64,000 nt of DNA from an uncultured Bacteroidales bacterium (GCA_946187555.1 CAMHQP010000001.1:2651-66650), one strand, 5' to 3'. Shown: positions 53,075-63,522, counted from the first letter of the stretch. The notes: a model not told the origin generated them from the letters alone. A program made the numbers and translations.

Positions 53075-55176
53075 TCGATGAATCCTTTACGACGCAGCAG
53101 GTTCTTCGGATCTGCCTCTTTGCCGCGGAACTCAATATACAACTCCTGTGCGTCACGCGTACCGCCTTGCTCCAACAAATGACGGAAACGTTTAGCTGTC
53201 TCAGCATCAAACAGATCACCCGTCTCTTTGAAAGCGGCGAATGCATCTGCATCGAGCACCGCTGCCCAGGTATAACTGTAGTAACCTGCCTCGTATCCTG
53301 TGGTGAAAATATGATTGTAGAACGTCGGACGATAGCGCACGATGATCTCATCAATCATGCCCATTTCATCGAGACTTTTGCGCTCAAAGGCATTCACATC
53401 CAGACCCTCTGCAGTGGTCAACTCATGGAAGTCCATATCGAGGATAGACGCACTCAGTAACTCGGTCGTTACGAAGCCCTGATTGAACTTACCGGCAGCG
53501 TTGATTTTCTCGATCAATTCGTCAGGAATGACCTCTCCGGTCTGATAATGGAAAGCATAAGTCTTGAGCACTTCCGGTTCATATGCGTAGTTCTCCATAA
53601 ACTGACTCGGCAACTCGACGAAATCACGCGGCGTGTTCGTACCGCTCAGCGATTTATAGTGTGCTTTCGAAAGCAAACCGTGCAAGGCGTGACCGAACTC
53701 ATGGAAGAGTGTCTCTACATCATCCATCGAGAGTAACGACGGATTGCCTGCGGTCGGTTTATTGAAGTTACCTACATTGATAATCACCGGACGATGATCT
53801 ACCCCCTCAGCATCGATATACTGCGGCAGAATCTGGTTCATCCATGCGCCCGGACGTTTGCCTGCGCGCGGGAAATAATCGGTATAGAGAATACCCACCA
53901 GACTACCGTCCGCTTCGGTCACTTTGAACACCTCCACCTCCGGGTTATACACCGGCATATTCTCCAGTTTCTCAAACTGTACGCCGTACAACTTGGTGGC
54001 TACACCGAACGCACCCTTACGTACGTTATCCAACTCAAAGTAGGGTTTGATCTCCTCTTCATCCAACGCATATTTGGCCTTACGCAGTTTCTCTGCGTAG
54101 TACCACCAATCCCACGGTTGCAGTTTTTCACCCGGATAATCCTGCTCCAGCAACTCCTGCAGCGCTGCTGCCTCACGTTTAGCTGCTTCCAAAGATGGAG
54201 CCCAAACGGATTGCAGGAAAGCGTCCACCGTATGATGATTCTTTGCCATACAATCGGCAAGGATATAATCAGCCGGGTTGTCATAACCGAAGAGTTGGGC
54301 TTTCTCAATGCGCAGTTCCATCTCGCGGATGATAACGGCTTTGTTATCGTTCTCATTCTCATGGTTAGCACGGGTCGTGTAGTCCATGAGCAACTGCTTA
54401 CGTAACTCTCTGTTCTCGCAGTACTGCAGTACTGGCGTGAAAGATGTACGCTTCGGGGTGAACAACCACTCACCCGGATGACCTGCCGCCGCAGCCTCTT
54501 CAGCCGCAGCTGCTTTAGCGGACTCCGGAAGACCTTTCAACATCGCCTCGTCGGCTACAAAACGCTGGCAGGCATTGGTCTCTGCTACTACGTTATTACC
54601 GAACTTAAGCGACAACAGACCGAGCTCCTGATTGATCTCTTTCAGACGCTCTTTCTTGTCCTCCGGCAGGTTGGCTCCATTATCCGCAAAATGCTTATAG
54701 GTTTCGGTCACGAGGCGCATCTGCTCGGGGTTCAAGCCCAACTGCTCACGCTGGTCATAGACGAACTTAACACGCTGGAAGAGCTTGTCATTGAGGATGA
54801 TGCCGTCGCTCAACTCGCTCAACATCGGACTCACTTGCTCTGCAATCGCGTTCATATCATCGTTACCGTCTGCCTCCAGCACATTGAAGAACACACCTAC
54901 CACGCGATCCAGCAACAGACCCGTTCTGTCCAAGGCCACGATTGTGTTCTCAAACGTCGGCTCGGCCTCGTTATTGGTGATGGCCTCTACCTCTGCTTTC
55001 TGTTCAGCGATAGCTGCTTCAAAAGCCGGCATGTAATGCGCTAATTGGATTTGGTCAAAAGCCGGTACACCGTAAGGGGTGTTGGGTTGACTGATGAGCG
55101 GATTGTTGGTATTATCCGCCTTGTTACATGCTAATAAACTCATAGCAATAACTCCTAAAATAAAAACTTTTTTCAT
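53071..55176 (-). CDS. dcp: M3-family metallopeptidase (peptidyl-dipeptidase Dcp-like), lipoprotein
   Basis: 701 aa. Lipobox LLACN. Zinc motif LFHEFGHALHG and downstream E in FVELPSQ. Confidence 0.85.
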   Translation of the reverse strand: MKKVFILGVIAMSLLACNKADNTNNPLISQPNTPYGVPAFDQIQLAHYMPAFEAAIAEQKAEVEAITNNEAEPTFENTIVALDRTGLLLDRVVGVFFNVLEADGNDDMNAIAEQVSPMLSELSDGIILNDKLFQRVKFVYDQREQLGLNPEQMRLVTETYKHFADNGANLPEDKKERLKEINQELGLLSLKFGNNVVAETNACQRFVADEAMLKGLPESAKAAAAEEAAAAGHPGEWLFTPKRTSFTPVLQYCENRELRKQLLMDYTTRANHENENDNKAVIIREMELRIEKAQLFGYDNPADYILADCMAKNHHTVDAFLQSVWAPSLEAAKREAAALQELLEQDYPGEKLQPWDWWYYAEKLRKAKYALDEEEIKPYFELDNVRKGAFGVATKLYGVQFEKLENMPVYNPEVEVFKVTEADGSLVGILYTDYFPRAGKRPGAWMNQILPQYIDAEGVDHRPVIINVGNFNKPTAGNPSLLSMDDVETLFHEFGHALHGLLSKAHYKSLSGTNTPRDFVELPSQFMENYAYEPEVLKTYAFHYQTGEVIPDELIEKINAAGKFNQGFVTTELLSASILDMDFHELTTAEGLDVNAFERKSLDEMGMIDEIIVRYRPTFYNHIFTTGYEAGYYSYTWAAVLDADAFAAFKETGDLFDAETAKRFRHLLEQGGTRDAQELYIEFRGKEADPKNLLRRKGFIE

Positions 55177-55178
55177 AT

Positions 55179-58136
55179 CTATTGTATTCTTACGTTTTTC
55201 TCCATCGATTGCTTGATGCGTTCACGCAGTTCACGCGACTGGTTATCGGCTTTCTGATACCAATGCGGACGGAAATCCTGAGCATACTTGCATTTCGCCA
55301 ACTTAATACTCAGGTTGTCCAAATCACCGCCCACATGTACGCCCAAATAAATAGGACTAAGGACGTTGATATCATAATCGAAGGTCATGTCGGTGCGGTG
55401 CCGACCACCCAATGCTACCATGTAATTGTCCATCTGCACACAGAGCGGATAAATGTCAATCTGGTTCTTATAAACCGTTATCTCCGCATTAAGCGAATCG
55501 ATCTTGTTCTCCGTCTTTTTCTTGAACATCAGCAGTTTGGCTATCTTATCGAAGGTCTCGCCATCCAACACAACAAGATCTTTACCGGTCAGCGAAGCCG
55601 CGCCACGAAGCGTACTCATTTTCGGCTTATACTGGCTGGTCATATAGGTCTCTGCTGCCAAGTGGAACTGCGCCGCGCCCTTGAAACTGCTCAACATCGG
55701 AACCATCTGCTCCAAATCAGGAATCATGGACAGCAACTCATCGATATCCACATCGATCATATGATAGTCAAATCCGACATAGAGATCATTGCGTCTGGGA
55801 GTCTCGTACATAGCGGTCAGTTGCAACTTAGCAGCCCTGCATACAAAGCCTACCTCATCCAAAATCAGCACACCGTCTTTGACAAAGATACCACCTTTGA
55901 GGTCTTTGGCGTTCTGGTTGAAGATATCCACCTCGCGCATGTGGGTATGCAGTGCCAAATCAACATCCATCGGCACAAGGAAAGGCTCACTCTCGCCTGC
56001 GGGCTCTTGACTCTCCGCCTTCGGCTGCTCTTCGCTTTTCACTTCTTCACTACCGCTATCGGCACTAAACCAAGCCAACAATTGGTTCGCATCGCAGTGA
56101 TTGGACACCACTTCCAGTTCGCCCTGCAGTATATCTTCGTGACGGAACCACTTACCGATATGACGCACATTGCCCTTCAGTTCCAAATCGGACTTACCCA
56201 ACTCTATTTTGCTGTTGTCAATGGTCATCTCGCGGTTAGAGTACTTGAACTCAATAGATGGGATAACAACCGGTTCAGGAAGCCGTGTCGGCATGTTCAG
56301 TTCGCCGTGCTTAAGGTTGATCTTCAATCGCGGATTCCACTTCAGCAACGCATTCTCGCCATCCCTATTATATCGCGCTGCCGCTTCTACAGCCAGCGCA
56401 CCCGTCTTGGCCTTCAGTTCTTCACCCATCTTAGCGTTCAGGGCTGCGGTCTTGAGTTTGGCACTCACCCGCTGTCCTCCATCCACAAAGGCTTCTAATT
56501 CGGACGCCTTCATGTCAGCAAAAATCGTGTCGTACTTCGCGTCCAACGCATCAAAAGACAGCGCAGCGAAATACTCCTGCTTTTTATCCAATACGTTTGC
56601 TACCTCGGCACGGATAACCGGCGCATCGATCATCGCGTGGGTGTCATCACCCATGATGAAATCGATCTTATCCGTCTCTAACTCCACGCGTGCCCAGTTA
56701 ACGGACTTGCGGGAAGGTTGGTCATTGGGAATCTGCACCTTGACATGCGTCTTCGGCAACACGGCTAACATTGAGTCTTGCTCATAACGCATATCCTTCA
56801 AATCCAAATCCGCGGCAATGCGTCCCTTATGCAGGCGCATACTAGTCAAATCAGACAGACGAATCTTTGCACTCGCCGTACCCTTCGTCGTACCGGTAAC
56901 AGTCATCGAGTCCGGCATAAAATACGCGAAGTCCGGCAGGTTGGCATCCAACTTGAGTTGGATATCCAATAACATGTCTCCCATCAGGTCGTTCACCTTA
57001 CCCGTCGCACTGACCTTACTGTCTTTCGTCTTCGCCGCCAGTTTGTTGATGGTCACATGGGACTTACCGCCTTTATTGAGGTTCAACGCGGCATTGGCAT
57101 CCAGTGCCATGTCACGCAGCGTATAAGGCAGCGGTTTATAAGCGCCCTGACCGTCTTCCAGTATCAGGTGGGCATCGATGAGCGGCATCGATGTTTCGCT
57201 ATACACACCCTTAGCCGTTGCTTCCAGTTGAACCGTCCCGTCCACATCAATATCCTTGAGACTTTCCGTAAACCGCGCCGGAACCAAAGCCAAGAGCGGC
57301 TGTATTTGCCATGCGTCTTTAGTTGCTACACCCAGATCTACCTCGATGGAATCGGCAATATTTACCATTCCGCCAAGAACCAACGCAAACTCATTCACCG
57401 CCAATTCTGCTCTGCGGAAAGCAAAATGCATCGTGTTGAGATCGGTCGACATTGGCGCGTATATACGGATACGCACGCTATCGGCATACCTCTCACCTTT
57501 GAGCGTTGCGCATACATCCTGTGCATCCAACGAGAGGAACATATCGTCCCAACTATTGACAGATGCCGCAAGTTCCGTCTCTCCGAGCGAAGCCTCAATG
57601 GTGTCTTTTTTGTCGATCAAATCGATGGTTTTTGCTTTGATGCGCAACCCATCTACAGTCAATTGATCGAAAGGCAACGAGAAAGCCGTCGTGTCTTCTT
57701 CTATCGTGTCCGGCGACGTAACAAAAGCACCCGTAAGGTTCGTCGTACCATCTTCCGCAATGAAGAAATGTACGCTGGCATCGTCCAAGATTGCCTCATG
57801 CACATGGAGGTTATTGTTGTTGAGAAACTCCATGACATCCACCGTCGCAATTAGATGTTTAGCCTCAACTACCGTGTCATTCTGCGCACCGGCTTTAGGA
57901 TTGATCAGCAGCAAACCGTCGGCACGCAAACCAAAACGAGGGAAGGTAGAGAAGAATGTCAGATCGACTTCGCCTATCTCATACTCACAAGCCACGAACT
58001 GATCGGCGGCTTGGCGTGCAATCGGGGTCAAACGCTCCGGCGTGAAGATGACATACATCGCGATACAAACGACAGCAATAACCGTCATCACAATACCGAA
58101 CAGCGTCCACCCTATGATTTTAAGCGCTTTTATCAT
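55179..58136 (-). CDS. AsmA/TamB-like large envelope protein
   Basis: 985 aa. A single N-terminal TM helix followed by a long beta-rich region and the C-terminal AsmA-like part. Assignment from architecture only. Confidence 0.5.
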   Translation of the reverse strand: MIKALKIIGWTLFGIVMTVIAVVCIAMYVIFTPERLTPIARQAADQFVACEYEIGEVDLTFFSTFPRFGLRADGLLLINPKAGAQNDTVVEAKHLIATVDVMEFLNNNNLHVHEAILDDASVHFFIAEDGTTNLTGAFVTSPDTIEEDTTAFSLPFDQLTVDGLRIKAKTIDLIDKKDTIEASLGETELAASVNSWDDMFLSLDAQDVCATLKGERYADSVRIRIYAPMSTDLNTMHFAFRRAELAVNEFALVLGGMVNIADSIEVDLGVATKDAWQIQPLLALVPARFTESLKDIDVDGTVQLEATAKGVYSETSMPLIDAHLILEDGQGAYKPLPYTLRDMALDANAALNLNKGGKSHVTINKLAAKTKDSKVSATGKVNDLMGDMLLDIQLKLDANLPDFAYFMPDSMTVTGTTKGTASAKIRLSDLTSMRLHKGRIAADLDLKDMRYEQDSMLAVLPKTHVKVQIPNDQPSRKSVNWARVELETDKIDFIMGDDTHAMIDAPVIRAEVANVLDKKQEYFAALSFDALDAKYDTIFADMKASELEAFVDGGQRVSAKLKTAALNAKMGEELKAKTGALAVEAAARYNRDGENALLKWNPRLKINLKHGELNMPTRLPEPVVIPSIEFKYSNREMTIDNSKIELGKSDLELKGNVRHIGKWFRHEDILQGELEVVSNHCDANQLLAWFSADSGSEEVKSEEQPKAESQEPAGESEPFLVPMDVDLALHTHMREVDIFNQNAKDLKGGIFVKDGVLILDEVGFVCRAAKLQLTAMYETPRRNDLYVGFDYHMIDVDIDELLSMIPDLEQMVPMLSSFKGAAQFHLAAETYMTSQYKPKMSTLRGAASLTGKDLVVLDGETFDKIAKLLMFKKKTENKIDSLNAEITVYKNQIDIYPLCVQMDNYMVALGGRHRTDMTFDYDINVLSPIYLGVHVGGDLDNLSIKLAKCKYAQDFRPHWYQKADNQSRELRERIKQSMEKNVRIQ

Positions 58137-58588
58137 TATTCTTTTACTTTGGTGAACTTATATTTCCAACTCTTGTTCTCTTTTTCGTAGTACTCAAGAG
58201 CCGTATCCGTTAACTTAGTAACGGCAAAACCGACACCGTTAGGAATCTCGGCTCCACCGTTTTTCATAAGGTGGATCTCCGTCAAAGTACCATCGGACTT
58301 GAGGTCATACTTGAACCAACCGTTACCGGGAAAACCGTCCTTATTGCGCTGCTTTATCAAATCCTCTTCGTGCTTGTCATCGCTGGTTGTCCACTCGCGA
58401 CCTAACAGAAACGGATTCTCATCACTCTTCTCAGTAGTGAAACGCACGAAATGACCTTCCGTACTATCTCCGTTTTCCAACCATAAACCCTGCAGATCTT
58501 GCAGGTAGAATGTCGGAGTACTCTGTTGACAACTGCTGAATACCAGACCTACCAGCGCGATAAGCGCCAAATAATAGATTTTTCTCAT
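58136..58588 (-). CDS. small lipoprotein, lipocalin-like
   Basis: 150 aa. Lipobox VFSSC. LQGLWLENGD... start is typical of lipocalin_4-type lipoproteins. Shares boundary nucleotides with both neighbours. Confidence 0.45.
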   Translation of the reverse strand: MRKIYYLALIALVGLVFSSCQQSTPTFYLQDLQGLWLENGDSTEGHFVRFTTEKSDENPFLLGREWTTSDDKHEEDLIKQRNKDGFPGNGWFKYDLKSDGTLTEIHLMKNGGAEIPNGVGFAVTKLTDTALEYYEKENKSWKYKFTKVKE

Positions 58589-61500
58589 TATGCTTTTTCG
58601 ATTTTGATGTTCACATTATATCCGTCCATTTCCACGCTCTCGCCTTGTACATCCTTTGCAAGTTGTAGCGAGGTAGCCAGTACCTGACCGGCGATGTACT
58701 CATTGCAATGAAGCACGGCGTTATGGATCTCTTCGCGGTCTTCGATAACCACCTGAATTCGGTCGGTAATCTCCAAACCGGACGACTTACGAAGGTTCTG
58801 GATACGATTGACGAGTTCACGTGCGATACCTTCTTCTATCAACTCGTCCGTCAGTTCGATATCAAGGGCTATAGTGAGGATACCGTTGTTGGCCACCAAC
58901 CACCCCGGCATGTCTTCGGTAATGATCTCTACATCTTCGGGCACAAGCGTGTAGTCCAACAACGTGAACTGACCGTCCGCTTCCATCTTGGCGATGTCAT
59001 CCTGACTCATCTTGCCGATGGCCTCCGCGAGGGCTTTCATCTGACCTCCCACTTTCTTACCGAGTACCTTGAACTGCGGTTTGATCTTCTTCACGAGTTT
59101 GATCTCACTCTGCTCTGCCGGCACGATAACCAGTTCCTTCACGTTCACTTCGCTCTTGATAAGATCGGCTACGTGGAGCAATGCATCGGTGGTCTCTTTA
59201 TCCGGCGTCGGGATAACGGCTTTCTGCAGCGGTTGACGTACGTTCTTCTCTGCGCGCTTACGGAGCGAGAGGATCGTAGAGGTGGCCTGTTGCGCGAGGT
59301 ACATCTGACGCTCTAGATTGAGGTCGATAAGTGCCTCATTGGCATTCGGCCAATCACTTAAATGCACGGTTTCATCGGTCAAATCACGATAGAGACGGTC
59401 TGCATAGAACGGTGCGTTCGGAGCCATAAGTTGGGCAACCGTCTTAAGACAGGTATAGAGTGTCTCGTACGCCGCTTGCTTGTCTGCGTCCATCTCTCCG
59501 CCCCAGAAACGTTTGCGGTTCAGACGAACATACCAGTTACTCAAGTCATCTTGTACAAAATCGCTGATAGCACGGCCGGCCTTAGTCGGTTCATAAGCCT
59601 CGTAGGCTTCGGTCACTTCCTTCACGAGCGAGTTCAGTTTGCTCAGGATCCAACGGTCAATCTCTGAGTACTGACCACTGCCAATTGACGGCTGCCAATT
59701 ATCCACATTGGCATACAATGCAAAGAAACCGTAGGTGTTATACAGCGTGCCGAAGAACTTACGGCGTACCTCATCCACGCCTTCGGGATCGAACTTAAGG
59801 TTCTCCCACGGGCTAGAGTTCGTCAACATATACCAACGAACAGGGTCTGCTCCATAAGTATCAAGTGCACCGAAAGGATCCACAGCATTGCCCAGACGTT
59901 TGGACATCTTGTTGCCGTTCTTATCCAACACGAGTCCATTGGAGATCACATTCTTGTATGCCACCGTTCCCTCAATCATCGTGTGGATAGCGTGCAGCGT
60001 AAAGAACCATCCGCGAGTTTGATCGACACCTTCGGAGATGAAGTCTGCAGTACGCGGGGCGTCTGCGTTCTCGAACGGATAGTGGTTCTGTGCATAAGGC
60101 ATGGCACCGCTATCAAACCACACATCGATAAGATCGAGTTCACGCTTCATCGGTTTACCACTTGGCGAAACGAGCACAATAGCATCTACGTACGGGCGAT
60201 GCAGATCAATAACAGACGGATCATAGTTCGCTTTGTTATAATCACCCACTTTATGCTTCGGCCAAGGGTTAGCTTGCATGAAACCCGCCTTCACAGATTT
60301 CTCGATTTCATCGAACAATTCTGCGATAGAACCGATACAAATCTCTTCTTTGCCATCCTCGGTGCGCCAGATAGGCAGCGGTGTTCCCCAATAACGTGAA
60401 CGGCTGAGGTTCCAATCATTGAGATTATTGAGCCATTGACCGAAACGACCCGTACCGGTAGATTCCGGTTGCCAGTTGATGGTCTTGTTGAGCGCGATCA
60501 TCTGCTCGCGCGCTTTGGTTGATTGGATGAACCAAGAGTCCAGCGGGTAGTAGATAACCGGTTTGTCGGTACGCCAGCAATGAGGATACGAGTGCACATG
60601 CTTCTCGGTCTTCAGCAAACGACCATCCGCTTTCATCTCCATACAGAGGTGCAAATCGAGCGACTCATCTTTATCGGTGAGATTCGGATCATAGGCATTC
60701 TTAACGAAACGTCCGGCGTATTTACCGTATAGTTCCGTATTGACATTATCCTTTACCCATGCCTCGTCAAGGTCCTCTATCTTCCAATATTTTCCGGTGA
60801 AATCGACCATAGGACGCGGTCCGAAGTCTTTGGTCTGCATGTAGAGACCGGGCACACCGGCAGCATCACCAACCTTCTTATCGTCCGCACCGAACGTAGG
60901 TGCGATATGTACGATACCCGTACCATCTTCAGTGGTTACGTAATCACCCGGGATAACACGAAAAGCTCCCTTTCCCGGATTCACCCACGGGAACAACGGA
61001 TCATACTCGAGCCCCACAAGATCCGCACCTTTGTAACGCGCTACGATCTCGGCATTCTCAAAATAAGCCGACAGGCGGGCTTCTGCCAAGATAATATGCT
61101 CACCGCTCTCAAGCGCAATCTCGACGTAGTCGATCTTCGGTCCTACGCAGAGTGCCGTATTACTCGGCAATGTCCACGGAGTAGTCGTCCAAGCAATGAT
61201 ATATCGGCCGTCCTTGAGATGGAACTTCGCCGTACAAGTGAGATCTTTGACGTCACGATAACAACCCGGTTGGTTCAACTCGTGACTGCTCAGACCCGTT
61301 CCTGCAGCCGGCGAATAAGGCTGAATGGTATAGCCCTTGTAGAGGTAACCCTTTTTGTAGAGTTCCTTGAGCAAGTACCACAGCGTCTCGATATACTTGT
61401 TGTCGTACGTGATATACGGATCATCGAGATCCACCCAATACCCCATCTGCTTGGTGAGGTTCGTCCACTCTTTCGTGTACTTCATCACCTCACGGCGGCA

Positions 61501-61860
61501 GGCTGCATTATACTCATCCACGGAGATCTTCTTGCCGATATCCTCTTTGGTGATACCCAGCATTTTCTCTACGCCTAACTCAACCGGCAGACCGTGGGTG
61601 TCCCAACCGGCCTTACGGCGTACCTGATAACCCTGCATCGTTTTGAAACGGCAGAACGTATCCTTGATGGTACGCGCCATGACGTGGTGAATACCCGGCA
61701 TTCCGTTTGCCGAAGGAGGACCTTCAAAGAACAAAAACTGCGGATGACCTTCGCGTGTAGATACACTTTTTTCAAATAGATTCTCTTGTTCCCACTGCGC
61801 CAGAACCTCGCGGCTGAGCGCAGGTAAATCCAATCGTTTGTACTCGTTAAATTTTTTCAT
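58588..61860 (-). CDS. ileS: isoleucine--tRNA ligase
   Basis: The start at 61860 (MKKFNEYKRLDL...) follows a promoter; the track ORF has a spurious 110-codon extension. HIGH-type PSANGMPGIHH, KMSKR (GNKMSKRLGN), CP1 editing domain. 1090 aa. Confidence 0.95.
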   Translation of the reverse strand: MKKFNEYKRLDLPALSREVLAQWEQENLFEKSVSTREGHPQFLFFEGPPSANGMPGIHHVMARTIKDTFCRFKTMQGYQVRRKAGWDTHGLPVELGVEKMLGITKEDIGKKISVDEYNAACRREVMKYTKEWTNLTKQMGYWVDLDDPYITYDNKYIETLWYLLKELYKKGYLYKGYTIQPYSPAAGTGLSSHELNQPGCYRDVKDLTCTAKFHLKDGRYIIAWTTTPWTLPSNTALCVGPKIDYVEIALESGEHIILAEARLSAYFENAEIVARYKGADLVGLEYDPLFPWVNPGKGAFRVIPGDYVTTEDGTGIVHIAPTFGADDKKVGDAAGVPGLYMQTKDFGPRPMVDFTGKYWKIEDLDEAWVKDNVNTELYGKYAGRFVKNAYDPNLTDKDESLDLHLCMEMKADGRLLKTEKHVHSYPHCWRTDKPVIYYPLDSWFIQSTKAREQMIALNKTINWQPESTGTGRFGQWLNNLNDWNLSRSRYWGTPLPIWRTEDGKEEICIGSIAELFDEIEKSVKAGFMQANPWPKHKVGDYNKANYDPSVIDLHRPYVDAIVLVSPSGKPMKRELDLIDVWFDSGAMPYAQNHYPFENADAPRTADFISEGVDQTRGWFFTLHAIHTMIEGTVAYKNVISNGLVLDKNGNKMSKRLGNAVDPFGALDTYGADPVRWYMLTNSSPWENLKFDPEGVDEVRRKFFGTLYNTYGFFALYANVDNWQPSIGSGQYSEIDRWILSKLNSLVKEVTEAYEAYEPTKAGRAISDFVQDDLSNWYVRLNRKRFWGGEMDADKQAAYETLYTCLKTVAQLMAPNAPFYADRLYRDLTDETVHLSDWPNANEALIDLNLERQMYLAQQATSTILSLRKRAEKNVRQPLQKAVIPTPDKETTDALLHVADLIKSEVNVKELVIVPAEQSEIKLVKKIKPQFKVLGKKVGGQMKALAEAIGKMSQDDIAKMEADGQFTLLDYTLVPEDVEIITEDMPGWLVANNGILTIALDIELTDELIEEGIARELVNRIQNLRKSSGLEITDRIQVVIEDREEIHNAVLHCNEYIAGQVLATSLQLAKDVQGESVEMDGYNVNIKIEKA

Positions 61861-61899
61861 TATAGTGTGTTTAATCGTTTGCAAGCCGTAAAACGGCTG

Positions 61900-61931
61900 C
61901 AAAGGTACTGCTTTTTTTTTAGATATGCAAA
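61900..61931 (-). promoter_or_regulatory. ileS promoter (minus strand TTTGCATAT ... TACCTTTG)
   Basis: The reverse complement of 61900-61907 is TACCTTTG, and of 61928-61931 is TTTG. 20-nt spacer. Confidence 0.7.
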
Positions 61932-61957
61932 AAAATCTGCACTTTTGATGCAGATTT
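61929..61957 (-). terminator. Rho-independent terminator of pepD
   Basis: On the minus strand AAATCTGCA-tcaaaag-TGCAGATTT is followed by TTTTTT. A second hairpin GTAGTTTG-aaa-CAAACTAC (61970-61988) overlaps the pepD stop. Confidence 0.7.
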
Positions 61958-61984
61958 CCTTGTTTACAGGTAGTTTGAAACAAA

Positions 61985-63442
61985 CTACAAAGCTTGCAGT
62001 GTTTGGCAAAGCCAGCGGTAACAACGCTCCGTCGAAGGAATAGAGAGACGCTCTTGAGGCGAGTGAACTCCGTACATCTGCGGACCGATAGAAACCATGT
62101 CGAGGTAAGGATATTTCTCCAAGAACAAACCGCACTCCAGACCGGCATGAATAGCGAGTACCTGCGGTTCGGACTTGAATAAATCGACATAGGCTTTCTT
62201 TACTACTTCCAAAAGCGGAGAGTTAGGGTTCGGTGCCCAACCCGGGTATCCGTCTCCGTGCGTCACTTCGTCACACGCCAACGAGAGGGCTTGTTCTACC
62301 GCCCATTTGAGGTGATGTTTAGCCGGTTCTTTAGAGGAGCGCTGGGACGTATTTACCTCGATGAAATCGGCACTTTTTTCACTTTTCATCTTAATGGAAG
62401 CGAGGTTAGTTGAGGTCTCCACAAGACCGGGCATTTCCTGACTCATAGCAATCATTCCGTGCGGACATTCGCAGAGCGCCATGATAAGACGATAAGCTTT
62501 GTCGGCAGGCACAAATATCTCGGGCATGTCGCAGGTCTCCAGTTCGAGACGCATGTCCTTCTCCACTTCGCCGAAGACGCCTTCCATCTGTGCTACAAAA
62601 TGATTCCACTCAATACGGATCTGCTCTTTGTACGCCATAGGAATAGCGATGACGGCTTCCGCTTCGCGGGCGATCGCATTGCGGAGGTTACCACCGTTGA
62701 TAGAGGCCAACTGAATCTCGGTCTGCGGCCAGATACGTGCAAGGAACCACACAATGAACTGATTCGCATTCGCGCGACCCTTGTTGATATCATCTCCGGA
62801 GTGACCGCCCATGAGTCCACTGACGGATAGGCGAACTCCGATTCTTTCACCTTTAAACTTTAAACTTTCAACTTTAACCGGTTCATAGTGCATCTTCGCT
62901 AATGTGTCGATTCCACCGGCACAACCGATGAAGATCTGACCGTCGTCTTCGGAGTCCAGGTTGATGAGTCGTTTGGACTGCAGCATGCCGTCTTGCAGTT
63001 TCATTGCGCCGGTGAGACCGGTCTCCTCGTCCACTGTGAAAAGGCACTCGATAGCCGGGTGTTGCAGGTTGAGGTCGGTGATTGCAGCAAGCGCCATAGA
63101 GATACCGATGCCGTTATCTGCACCGAGGGTTGTTCCCTTCGCTTTGAGCCATTCACCGTCCACATAGGTCTGAATAGGATCGGTCATGAAGTCATGTTGT
63201 ACGTCGCCGTTTTTCTCGCAAACCATGTCCATATGCGCCTGAAGGATAACGCCTTCATGATTCTCGTAACCTGGCGTAGCGGGCACACGCATGATAACGT
63301 TCATCGCCTCGTCAGCCACACATTCGATGTGATGAGCTGCTGCAAAATCCTGCAACCACTTACTGATTCGCTCCTCGTGTTTGGACGGACGAGGTACTTG
63401 ATTGATCTGCGCAAAAATGTCAAAAACTGCTTTCGGTTCCAT
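61985..63442 (-). CDS. pepD: aminoacyl-histidine dipeptidase (M20C, PepD)
   Basis: 485 aa. N-terminal FAQINQVPRPSKHEERISKWL, HMDMV, TLGADNGIG and VDEETG blocks. Confidence 0.9.
   Translation of the reverse strand: MEPKAVFDIFAQINQVPRPSKHEERISKWLQDFAAAHHIECVADEAMNVIMRVPATPGYENHEGVILQAHMDMVCEKNGDVQHDFMTDPIQTYVDGEWLKAKGTTLGADNGIGISMALAAITDLNLQHPAIECLFTVDEETGLTGAMKLQDGMLQSKRLINLDSEDDGQIFIGCAGGIDTLAKMHYEPVKVESLKFKGERIGVRLSVSGLMGGHSGDDINKGRANANQFIVWFLARIWPQTEIQLASINGGNLRNAIAREAEAVIAIPMAYKEQIRIEWNHFVAQMEGVFGEVEKDMRLELETCDMPEIFVPADKAYRLIMALCECPHGMIAMSQEMPGLVETSTNLASIKMKSEKSADFIEVNTSQRSSKEPAKHHLKWAVEQALSLACDEVTHGDGYPGWAPNPNSPLLEVVKKAYVDLFKSEPQVLAIHAGLECGLFLEKYPYLDMVSIGPQMYGVHSPQERLSIPSTERCYRWLCQTLQAL
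62844..62878. repeat. 7-nt tandem array CTTTCAC CTTTAAA CTTTAAA CTTTCAA CTTTAAC
   Basis: Read directly. Inside pepD on the minus strand, encoding ...VKVESLKFKGE.... Confidence 0.9.
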
Positions 63443-63474
63443 ATACTATTCGATTTAAATTATCAATTTCGGCA

Positions 63475-63505
63475 CAAAGTTACAACTTTTTTTGCATATA
63501 TCAAA
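63475..63505 (-). promoter_or_regulatory. pepD promoter candidate (minus strand TTTG-N19-TAACTTTG)
   Basis: The reverse complement of 63475-63482 is TAACTTTG, and of 63502-63505 is TTTG. Confidence 0.5.
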
Positions 63506-63522
63506 ATTTTATAGTACCTTTG
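63491..63522 (+). promoter_or_regulatory. Bacteroidetes-type promoter (TTTGCATAT ... TACCTTTG)
   Basis: TTTG 63491-63494 and TACCTTTG 63515-63522, 20-nt spacer, 10 nt before the ATG at 63533. Confidence 0.7.

Noticed and set aside
58588-62190. The ORF track gives N-terminal extensions for 58588-62190, 38110-41052, 29854-33516, 28997-29947, 27427-28161, 23433-24071, 19231-21285, 50413-52599 and 47934-49028.
   Set aside because: In each case an internal ATG gives the canonical family N-terminus or a signal peptide and sits just downstream of a promoter or the upstream stop. The extensions run through promoters, a riboswitch or the neighbouring gene.
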